64,000 nt of DNA from Eledone cirrhosa (taxonomy: Eukaryota), in contig OZ024740.1 of assembly GCA_964016885.1 (NCBI GenBank), forward strand, positions 260,276,001 through 260,340,000, in the 5' to 3' direction. Each line of letters begins with the position of its first letter. Position 1 is the stretch's first letter. This document shows positions 53,341 to 64,000 of this stretch, piece after piece. Below the pieces are notes generated by a model. The model saw only the letters and a list, made by a program, of their open reading frames with translations, was not told where the DNA came from and ran no database searches. The position numbers and the translations under genes were made by a program.

Positions 53341-53631
53341 AGCATTACTGTCGGAAATAGTATTTATCTTCAATTGAATGAATAGTCTCCCACGCCAAAA
53401 TGTGGGACTGGTTGCACATGTATGTATGTATATATGAATGTGTTTGTGTGTATATATATAAGTATGTATGTATATATATATATATATATGTTTGTGTGTA
53501 AGTATGGTTGTGTGTATGTGTGTTCCTACAATTTAAGAAAGACAGACAATCCCAGATAAAAGTATTATACAAGTTCCATCCTCAGTGGAAATATGTGATA
53601 ACTTACTTCCTGCTGTGTATTGTCAGTAACA

Positions 53632-53937
53632 TGTGGTGGTTGTGGTGGTGGAGGGGGATGATGGTGGTTGTGGTTGTGGTGGAGGTGGTGGTAGCAGTAG
53701 TGATGTTGGTGGTGGTAGGAGGGTTGTGGTGGTGATAGTGGTGGTTGTGGTGGTGGAGGGGGATAATGGTGGTTGTGGTTGTGGTGGAGGTGGTGGTAGC
53801 AGTAGTGATGGTGGGGTGATGTTGGTGGTGGTAGGAGGGTTGTGGTAGGGGAGGTGGTGGTGATAGTGGTGGTTGTGGTGATAGTAGTGGTGATGGTGGT
53901 TGTGATGGTGGTTGTGGTGAATGGTGGTGGTGGTAGT
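53632..53937. repeat. (GGT)n-rich low-complexity tract
   Basis: Direct reading. Confidence 0.9.
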
Positions 53938-54636
53938 ATCAGTAACAGGATCAGCAACAGGAACAACAATAAGAGAAAAAAAAAGAAACAATAGAGAGAT
54001 GGAGGGCACACTTGGCTGTGTGATGATGGTGATGATGAATTTACTACATATGGCTTTAGACTTTCATTTGTAACTATTGTTACAGATACATTGATCTATT
54101 TATTATGTGAAGGTGCATGGTTTAATGGTCAGGGTTTTATATCTCACAATTGTAAGGTCATAAGTTCTTTTCATTGTGTCCTTGAGCAAGACACTTTATT
54201 TCAAGCAAGTTGCTTCAGTTTACTCAGCTGGTCAAAAATTGAGTTTTACTAGTAATTCAAAGGGCCAGCCTTGTCATGCACTGTGTTGTTGTGAGAAGGG
54301 TTTGACGTGGCCAACTGGGCTGTCTCTCCTTATAGCAGTGCTATCCAGTTCCAGGCTTCCAAACTGTGGTCCCACTGTGAGAAGGTTTAGCATGGCCGAC
54401 TGGGCTGTCCCTCCTCATAATGGTGCCATCCAGTCCCACACTGTAAATGTGGTTGGTTTTAGGAAGAGCATCCAGATGTAAAAAACCCCTGACAAATTTA
54501 CAGTCCCGTCGTTTCAAGGTAGGGCATGCCCAATTCTGGCAAGACTTTTCTCCTGATGTGGACAACCCATTTTACCCATTCAAGCATGGAAAAATAGACG
54601 TTAAAAGATGATGATGATGATGATGATGATGAAAAT

Positions 54637-54824
54637 AATTGTTTCTACTTTTGGCACAAGGCCAGCAATTACCCAATGCATTACTGGTACTTTATTCTAT
54701 CGCCCCCATGAAGGATGAAAGACAAAGTTAACCTCGACGGGATTTGAACTCAGATCATACAGGGAGGTAACTCTATGCTTCAAAGCATGGCATCCGATCC
54801 TCTACCGATACTGCCAATCCACCG
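54637..54824 (-). mobile_element. SINE A inserted in (GAT)n
   Basis: Family core present. Confidence 0.85.
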
Positions 54825-55231
54825 ATGATGATGATGATGATGAAGATAATGATATAGAATGGTGTGCTCATGTGTAAAGATGCTCTGAAAAGGCTTATAA
54901 AATGTGTGTGTGTATATGTGTGTGTTTGTTCAGAATATAAATAAGAAAGAGAAAGTATTTTGGAGCAGGGAATGAAAAAATGGTAGAAAATCCCTCTGTT
55001 ATAGTGATTATGGCAAGATAGTTCATGTCACTTTGTGGTAGTGGTGATGGTGATGGTTGCGGTGATAATGATGATGATGAAGGTGGTTATGATAGTGGTT
55101 GTTGTGATGATGATTGTGGTGGTGGTGATGATGGTTGTAGGAATGATGTTTATAATGTTGGTGGTGTTGGTGTTGATGATGATATAAAGGGTCAACAAGT
55201 GTTTGCCCTATATATATATATAAATATATAT

Positions 55232-55830
55232 ACTTCGTTTTTGAATTTGTTTTGCAAAATTTCTTATCTGTAAAAGTGTGTTGAAACAGATATTGTCATA
55301 CTTTAGGAGGGTCATGCTGCCAATAAAAATACAGAAGCAACAGATTAATGAAGCGACCAACATAAACAAACTCCAACCAAAATTAAACAGAAAACATGAG
55401 TGGAATAGCAACAGCATTACAACTAGTAACTAAAGACAAGATAAAGACATACAGAGACACACAAGAACCAAACTAATAAAACAAACCAGACACACAGATG
55501 GAACAAACAACCAGCTAGTCACAAATAAATAAACATATAAATAAATAGATAAATACACACACATCCAGATATAATGCATGCACAAACCAAGTACACAGCA
55601 CACAACACACAAAAACAAGATAGTGTAGGACAGAACAAAGGAGAGACACAAAATAACAAACCAGTCACTGAGGAGGTCACAGAATGTGTGACGAAAGATC
55701 TTTGACAATAAATAAACAACCATCCAGTTATTGAACCAACCAACGGGAAATTTATATTAAATTGAAGTGAAAACCAACAGGTGCATGTGTTTTTATTGGC
55801 AGCATGACCCTCCCAAAGTATAACAATATA
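55232..55830 (+). mobile_element. PLE-like 3' UTR copy (55345-55830) preceded by an inverted copy of its own 3' tail (55232-55330)
   Basis: atattgtcatactttaggagggtcatgctgccaataaaaa is the near reverse complement of tttttattggcagcatgaccctcccaaagtataacaatat. Flanked by (TA)n. Confidence 0.8.
55664..55706 (+). ncRNA. Intact minimal type-I hammerhead
   Basis: GTCA-CTGAGGA-G-GTCACA gaatg TGTGAC-GAAA-GATC-TT-TGAC. Perfect stems I and II; stem III is the palindrome AGATCT. Confidence 0.82.
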
Positions 55831-55841
55831 TTATATATATA

Positions 55842-56366
55842 CTAGTAGAATGGCTCGGCATTGCTCGGGATTCTAAACATAGATTGGCATGTTTATCCCT
55901 CCTTTCTGAAACAGTTTTGTCGTATGTTCACCAACTGATGCAGAAGTCCTAATAAAAAGTGAAGTCGCCTTGGGTGAATAGGCAAATAATTTTACATTAA
56001 GATTTTTCAAAAGCATGTAATTGCGTTCCCTCTCTTTTTTGTTGTTGTTTTTGCTGCTGTCGAGCCTCGTGAAATAAATACGTTTGTTTGTATTTTGTTA
56101 TTGTGTGTGCAAAAATATCTGTACACGAATATATATATATATATATATTAAAATAACAGATTAAAGTTTAAGTGAAGAATCGCTGCTTTCACCCTTAACG
56201 GGATCTTCTGAAACTAAAAAAAAAATCAAACTGTGAATGTAGAAGTAAATATTTCGAAAGACGTTACACACTATATATATATACACTATATATATATACA
56301 CACACGGTTGGGTGGTTCTCGAGTTTTAGGGAGTCAGACAGACATTATCTGTTTTATATATATAGA
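55842..56366 (-). mobile_element. Non-autonomous Helitron
   Basis: Minus strand begins A|TCTATATATATAAAA..ATGTCTGTCTG and ends with a GC hairpin (cccgagcaatgccgagc) plus CTAG|T. Confidence 0.75.
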
Positions 56367-56814
56367 TAGATATATATATAGTATGGGTAGTACAGTAAAA
56401 TACTGGTGTTGGTACCAAATCAAGTACTCTATGTGCAGACAGAGTGTACATAATAGAAAAAATGAGGAAGTTTCGTTTACATATAAAAAATATTTATTGT
56501 CTACCTGTTATGCGCGTTTCACAGAAGAATAGCCCAAGGTAACCCATAAGAGTTATGAACCCGACTCCAGTATCGATTTTCTCATCAGACATGTGATTTG
56601 AAAAAAAAAAATGTTGTTGTGGTATGTGGGCTGAGAAGGTATATATATAAGCATAGGTCCTGTTTTTTTTGTGTGTGTGTGGGCGTTTCTGTGTATTGTG
56701 GTGTAATTGGTGCGGCGGCAATTCGAGTGTGTATTCAGCGGTATTCCTGTGCATGTTTGCATGAGTGTGTGAGCAATTAAGGATTTGTGTGTGTGTATGT
56801 ACATGGATATTTGA

Positions 56815-56848
<34 letters not shown>

Positions 56849-56849
56849 G

Positions 56850-57505
56850 AGAAACGAAGCCTGCATGCTCCGATGGATGTGTAACAGTAATATACGTGAA
56901 CGACAAAGCATAAATGAATTGAGAGAGAGACTGAGCATAAGAGGAATCAAATGCTGCGTGCAGGAGAGGCGGTTACGCTGGTATGGACATGTGATGCGTA
57001 TGAAGGATGACAGCTGCATAAAAAGGTGCAGAGCACTAGAAGTTGATGGAAACCGCGGAGTGGGGAGACCCAAGATGACTTGGGATGAGGTGATAAAAGC
57101 CGACCTTACCCAACTACACCTCTCAAAGTCAATGACACACGACCGTGACTTCTGGCGTCACGCAGTAATACAGGGTACCCGACCTCCCATGGGTACATGC
57201 TGAAGCATATAAACAATATGCCCCCCCCCCCCACCGCAAGGTGGTCGTGGAGGTGCCACGGCAAAAAAGCACCCAGCCCACACTGTAAAGTGGACGTGTA
57301 GGCGCCACGAAAAAGCACCCAGCACTCACTGTAAATGAGGTTGGTGTTAGGAAGGGCATCCAGCTGTAGAAATCAAGCCAGATCAGTTCCTGTATGAGCA
57401 AGGCATGGTCAGCCGACCAGACACTGCCCACAACAGGACAACCCGTCTAACCCATGCTAGCGTGGAAGAACAGACGTAAAACGGTGATGATGATGATGAT
57501 GATGA
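56850..57505 (+). mobile_element. RTE LINE 3' end
   Basis: RNEACMLRWMC...RLRWYGHVMRM..GRPKMTW; (GAT)n tail. Confidence 0.9.
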
Positions 57506-57666
57506 TACATAGTAATAATAATTATGAAGATCAAAATCTGAAGAGGGCTCGATATATATATACATATTTATATATGACTCCCTCCCCGCTGCACATGCTA
57601 GCTCATACATTTGGGTTGCACCAATGTGTATGTATATATTTATATATGAGTGTGCATGTGTATGTG

Positions 57667-57739
<73 letters not shown>

Positions 57740-58062
57740 AAACACACACATACACTACAGACAGGTAGATAAACTCACACATATGTGGCTAGGGTGGGGC
57801 TTAGTAATCCATGTATGTAGGCTGGGGGCAGCTGGGGATAGGGCATGAAGGGCGATCTAGTATTGTCTGTAATTCCCTGTAATTAGATATCAGTGAGTTA
57901 AGCTAATTATTAGGGGTTTCCCCTTCAAAATACTGGGTCATAAGTTGTTTTTTTCTGTCCCTCTGTCTGACCAGACTAAGTAGGATTTCTACACTATTAT
58001 TTGTTGTTGTGAGGATATACCTCTGTCTGTCTGATGCCTACCTGCCTGCTTTTCTGACTGTC

Positions 58063-58935
58063 TGGAGAATCCACCTCGTCATTCTATAGAGGGCTGGTGG
58101 CTAGCAGGGGCGATGACACCCTTGGAGAGTCGCAGGACATGGAAAAGGACGAACTGGCCAGCCTGTTCGGTAGGACTTTCGGCCCGGGACCAATGGACAA
58201 CTTCCAGAAGTCACTGGCCTGGCAGTGCTACCGGGGGGCTCTACCCGTTCGAGAAAAGCTCTACAGACACGGGCGCCCGGGCAGGGATCCCTCGAAAAAG
58301 ATTTGCCCTAGATGCGTGCGTCACGAAGAAACCGTTGCGCATGCATTGGTGCACTGTCTGGGCGTGACTGATCTGTGGGGCTACGCCGAATGACTGCTGT
58401 CGCGGGTGGCGCCGATTCGATTGACCGCCGAGTCCGTGATGACAATCAAGCCGCCTCCCCTCTTCACAAAGGAAGCAAAGGCAATTTTTCTGTGCGTAAT
58501 AGCCATGTTGAAAGAGGTTGTTTGGTGGACACGATTGAAAGGTCTGAGGTCAGGCAACTTCCTCTCTGGCCATAGTCTGGTCTACTTCTTCCGATATCAC
58601 TTCGGAAGAAGGATAAGAATGGAGAGAGAAGTGCTTGGCCACAGGCAGTTTTATGAAAGGTGGGTGATAGTGGCGAGAATGGCTCGTGTAAATAGGCCTT
58701 CTCTGTATACCATCCTGTAGGTAAAGTAGTGAAGGAGAGGGGAGCACCTTCTCCATGTGCTCCCCGGGCAAAGGATTGCACACTTTTTCGGGGGTGTGTG
58801 CAACCCCCATCACGTCCCCTCCCTTTTAAGGTTGTTTTTGATTATTTTCATTTTATACCCTTTTTACTCGGTTTTATGTAAACTCCCCCTTTGTATTTGT
58901 CCCTTCTTTTTATGCCTTTATGGTAAATAAAGAAA
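58063..58935 (+). mobile_element. 5'-truncated Tx1-clade LINE (zf-RVT C-terminus and 3' UTR)
   Basis: WQCYRGALPVREKL..CPRC..EETVAHALVHC motif; AATAAA at the end. Confidence 0.88.
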
Positions 58936-59013
58936 TATATCTGATATCTCTCTGACTGTCAGCTCTTACTGCCTGTCTGTCTGTCTTACTGCCTGTCTGT
59001 CTTACTGCCTGTC

Positions 59014-60546
59014 TGGGGCTAAGCTGAACCGGGACAAGTCAGTCGCTTTGCAACTCGGCGAGTGGAGGGGCAAACCGATGTCGTCCGACGGTATCGTCGG
59101 ACGGTGGACTGAGGGCCCGGTAAAGTTGCTTGGAGTCTGGTTCGGACCGGACCTCCAGGTGGAGAAAAACTGGGATGAGGTGACGAATAGGGTGTTTGCA
59201 CTGACCCAGAAGTGGGCCGAGTGCAAACTATCCCTGAAAGGTCGGGCGGAGGTGGCGAACACTTACATAGCGTCCGTCATCTATTACCGCTTGACTGTCG
59301 TGCCTTGCCCGGGTGAGATCCTCGCCAAAATGGAGCGCGCTCTCTTTCATTTCCTTTGGAAGAAGAGGTCTCCTCTGGTGAGGAGATCCATCTGCTGTCA
59401 ACACCCTTTGAAAGGAGGGCTGGGGATGCCGTGGCTAAAAATGCATAAACACGCATTGAGGCTACGGCACCTCCGGTATTCCTCACCGGTCAACCGGTGT
59501 GGGCCCCGTTTGTGAGGCGAGCCTTCCCGAGGCTCGTCTCGCTCACCGAGCTGCAGTCCTGGGTAAGCAAAGACCGAGAAAACTGGGCGACTGGCACACC
59601 GAGTGTGCCCAGGCGCTCATGGCTCTCTGGCAGGCGGACCCGGCTATCGGTGGAGACTCCACCTCGTCATTCTATAGAGGGCTGGTGGTTAGTAGGTGCG
59701 ACGACGCTAACGAAGAAACCCTAGGCATGGAGGAGGACGAACTGGTCAGCCTATTCGGTAGGACTTTCGACCTGGGACCTATGGACAACTTCCAGAAGTC
59801 CTTGGTCTGGCAGTGCTACCGAGGGGCTCTGCCCGTTCGGGATAAGCTCTACAGATACGGGCGCCCGGGTAGGGACCCCTCGAAAAAGATCTGTCCCAGA
59901 TGCGTGCGCGACGAGGAAACCGTCGCACACGCATTGGTGTACTGCCCGGGCGTTGCCGATCTGTGGGGCTATGTCGAACAACTGCTGTCACGGGTGGGAC
60001 CAATTAGGTTGACCACCGAGTCCATTGTAACGATCAAGCCGTCTCCCCCCCCCTTCAAAAATGAAGGAGAGGCGGTCTTCCTCTGTGTAATAGCCATGGT
60101 AAAAGAGGTTGTATGGTGGACGCGTCTAAAAGGGCTGAAGTCGGACACCTTTCTTTCCGGCCAACAACTGGTCTTTTTCTTCCGATACCATTTCGGAAGA
60201 AGGATCAGGATGGAGAGAGAGGTGCTCCACCCCAGCCAGTTTTATGAAAGGTGGGTGAAAGTTGCGAGAATGGCCTGTGTGAATGGGCCTTCTCTCTACC
60301 TCAGCCTGTAGGTGGAAAAGGATGAAGGAAGAAGGGAGCACCCTCTCTTTGTGTTCCCGTGGAGAAGGGTCGCACATTTTTTTCGGGTGTGTGTGTGACC
60401 CCAAAACGATCCCTCCCTATTGAGGACCTTGTTGTTACAATTTTATTTATTACATTTTTCTTACTCGATTTATATGTAACCCCCCCCCCCCCCTCCCCAT
60501 GTACATGTCCCTTTCTTTTGTGCCCTCGTGGCAAATAAACAGAAAT
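59014..60546 (+). mobile_element. Second 5'-truncated Tx1-clade LINE inserted in a (GTCT)n-like array
   Basis: VKLLGVWFG, LSLKGRAEVAN, GGLGMP and the zf-RVT motif. tgtctgtcttactgcctgtctg is present on both flanks. Confidence 0.92.
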
Positions 60547-60999
60547 TTGTCTGTCTTACTGCCTGTCTGTCTGTCTGCCTGCATCTCTGTCTAGTCTATC
60601 TGCCTGCATGTCTGATGTATGTTTTCCTGCATGTATGTCTTTGTCTGTTTGTTTGACTGCCCGCCTGCGTGTCTGTCCAGTCTAGCTGCCTGCATGTCTG
60701 TATGTCTGCATGTATGTCTGTCTGCTTGCCTGTCTGTCTATCTGTCTTCCCACCTCTCTTGGTATATAGGTGTATATATCACCATCATCATCACCAACAT
60801 CATCATCACCATCATCATCACCATCATCATCATCATCACTACCATCAACATCATCCTAGGTCTAATATTGTAAATTCCATTGGAACTCTTCGATTTATTA
60901 TTTACCACCTGTGGTGTCCTTATAGTACCCCCCTCCCTTCCTACCATATTTTGGATTAATTTACTCTATGTATTAGACTCTAGATGGATTGGTTCATTT

Positions 61000-61465
61000 G
61001 TGGTCTGGGGTGAGAAGGAAGGGTGATTGTGTTCTGGGGTACAAGGAAGGGTGATTGTGTTCTGGGGTACAGGGAAGGGTGATTGTGGTCTTGGGTGACA
61101 AGGAAGGGTGATTGTAGTTTGGGGTGACAAGGAAGGGTGATTGTGGTTTGGGATTATTGGGGATGGGGTTAGATTGTGGTCTGGGATTACAAGGGAGTGG
61201 GTGGTGGCCTGGGATTGCTGGGGTGGGGGAGATTGTGCTCTAGGATTGCAAGGTAGGGTAGATTGTGGTCTGGGATTGCAAGGTAGGGTAGATTGTGGTC
61301 TGGGGTTGCTAGGAAAGGATTGTAGTCAGGGATTGCTGGGGGGAGGGTATTGTGGTCTGGGGTTACAAGGGGAGGGAGGTATGGGATTACTGGGATTAGT
61401 CTGGTGTTGCAATGTGAGGAGGGATATTGTCTGGGATTGCAAGGAGGGCTGGGAGAATGTTGTCT
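61000..61465. repeat. Degenerate ~29-30 bp G-rich tandem repeat
   Basis: Variants of gattgtggtctggggtacaaggaagggt. Confidence 0.8.
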
Positions 61466-61874
61466 GAGACTCTGACAACCACTGAACCCTGACTAGCTTT
61501 CAAGATAATGAAAAAAGGGAAAGGGGTCAATCGTCAGCATGAGCAGCATGAAATAAAGTATTTTGCTCAAGGGCACAATGTGCTATCCAGTTCAAGAATC
61601 AAACCCACAAACTTATGATTGTAAGTCTAACAACCTAACCACCACAACTAAAAAACTTAGAAAGAAGCAAACAACCCACACGTACATACCTCTACCCTCC
61701 TACTTCTTTCAAAACTCAATGTTTTCTATGTGTAGTTGGTGTGCCAGACAAAAGCTGCAGCCTTCTGCCAACAAGTAGCAATATACTGCACACAAATTGC
61801 AAGAAAATCTTTGGATGAAACACAGAAAAACATATGTCAGCTATAATTAAGTATCTGTTCTTCTTTTCCTCATC

Positions 61875-63445
61875 CACCACCACCACCACCCCCACTACCA
61901 CCACCACCACCACCACCAGCACCACCAGCACCACCACCCCACTACCACCAACAACAACACCATAACTATCACTACCACCAAAACCAATACCACTAACACC
62001 TCCACTTCCACCACAGCCACCATCACCATAACCACCACCAACACCACCACAGCCACCATCACCATAACCACCACCAACACCACCACAGCCACCATCACCA
62101 TAACCACCACCACCACCACCACCACAACCACAATCACCATAAACACCACCAACACCACCACAGCCACCATCACCATAACCACCACCAACACCACCACAGC
62201 CACCATCACCATAACCACCACCAACACCACCACAGCCACCATCACCATAACCACCACCACCACCACCACCACAGCCACCATCACCATAACCACCACCAAC
62301 ACCACCACAGCCACCATCACCATAACCACCACCAACACCACTACAGCCACCATCACCATAACCACCACCAACACCACTACAGCCACCATCACCATAACCA
62401 CCACCAACACCACCACAGCCACCATCACCATAACCACCACCAACACCACTACAGCCACCATCACCATAACCACCACCAACACCACTACAGCCACCATCAC
62501 CATAACCACCACCAACACCACTACAGCCACCATCACCATAACCACCACCAACACCACTACAGCCACCATCACCATAACCACCACCAACACCACCACAGCC
62601 ACCATCACTATAACCACCACCAACACCACCACAGCCACCATCACCATAACCACCACCAACACCACTACAGCCACCATCACCATAACCACCACCACCACCA
62701 CCACAGCCACCATCACCATAACCACCACCACCAACACCACCACAGCCACCATCACCATAACCACCACCAACACCACCACAGCCACCATCACCATAACCAC
62801 CACCACCAACACCACCACAGCCACCATCACCATAACCACCACCAACACCACCACAGCCACCATCACCATAACCACCACCAACACCACCACAGCCACCATC
62901 ACCGTAACCACCACCACCAACACCACCACAGCCACCATCACCATAACCACCACCAACACCACCACAGTCACCATCACCATAACACCACCAACACCACTAC
63001 AGCCACCATCACCATAACCACTACCAACACCACCACAGCCACCATCACCATAACCACCACCAACACCACCACAGCCACCATCACCATAACCACCACCAAC
63101 ACCACTACAGCCACCATCACCATAACAACCACCAACACCACCACAGCCACCATCACCATAACCACCACCAACACCACCACAGCCACCATCACCATAACCA
63201 CCACCAACACCACTACAGCCACCATCACCATAACCACCACCAACACCACCACAGCCACCATCACCATAACCACCACCACCAACACCACCACAGCCACCAT
63301 CACCATAACCACCACCAACACCACCACAGCCACCATCACCATAACAACCACCAACACCACCACAGCCACCATCACCATAACCACCACCAACACCACCACA
63401 GCCACAATCACCATAACCACCACCAACACCACAACCTCCACCATA
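61875..63445. repeat. 36-bp (ACC)-derived minisatellite
   Basis: Unit accaccaccaacaccaccacagccaccatcaccata. It explains the 361-aa and 232-aa Val-rich ORFs. Confidence 0.97.
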
Positions 63446-63641
63446 ACACCACCACCAACAACAGCACTACAATCGCCACACACACCACTACTTCTCCCCA
63501 AGACCACCACCATCTCCTTTACCACCACAGCCACCACCACCAGAGCCACCATCACCACCTCATTCTTGTATGATGGTAGCATGATAGTAAAAGTCTTGGC
63601 AGTGTCTGTAACAAATGCCAGACCGTCAGTCTGTCTGCCTG

Positions 63642-63778
63642 TCAGTTTTTGACTACTCCTGACTTCAGCCAATTCCTAAAGTCAGTCAATTCATCAATGA
63701 CTATAGGATCGATTGTATTCTCTGATTGATTCCTTCCTGTTCCAATGAAAAGACATATCGTTATTGAGTGGCACCATT
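63642..63778 (-). CDS. Candidate terminal exon (WCHSITICLFIGTGRNQSENTIDPIVIDELTDFRNWLKSGVVKN*)
   Basis: Good acceptor tattcttcccattcacag. The longest frame gives 44 sense codons in unique sequence. No homology recognised. Confidence 0.25.
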
Positions 63779-63836
63779 CTGTGAATGGGAAGAATATAAA
63801 CATGATGAAAGCAGATAGGTAGAAATAAATTAGCAG

Positions 63837-63925
<89 letters not shown>

Positions 63926-64000
63926 GACTACATCCAATTTCTCTTATGCCAAGTTTTTCTCTGTCTACTTATGTTATGTTGCCCATGTACACTAACATTA

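Noticed and set aside
61895-63672. 361-aa and 232-aa Val-rich ORFs, and other homopolymeric ORFs in the track
   Set aside because: They are by-products of triplet-derived repeats that lack stop codons.

Overview
AT-rich, microsatellite-saturated eukaryotic DNA. The repeat spectrum resembles a coleoid cephalopod (octopus-like) genome; this is inferred from the SINE/LINE types, not proven. No intact long protein-coding gene is present. The window is mostly decayed transposons: RTE, CR1, CRE, R4/Dong and Tx1 LINE fragments, a near-complete Penelope-like element (RT + GIY-YIG), two tRNA-derived SINE families, hAT, pogo and piggyBac remnants, a non-autonomous Helitron, and several minisatellites. 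A few low-confidence host exons are also possible. The most striking hidden structure is a dense set of about 12 type-I hammerhead ribozyme (HHR) motifs from several unrelated Penelope-like families. They include a U3:A8 variant and two with ~90 nt branched stem II inserts. Most lie next to (TA)n tracts, and they are repeatedly associated with fold-back palindromes or inverted 3' tails. In one family, two independent copies fold back at the same position, apparently the loop of HHR stem II. All structures were read by eye; no folding or homology search was run.
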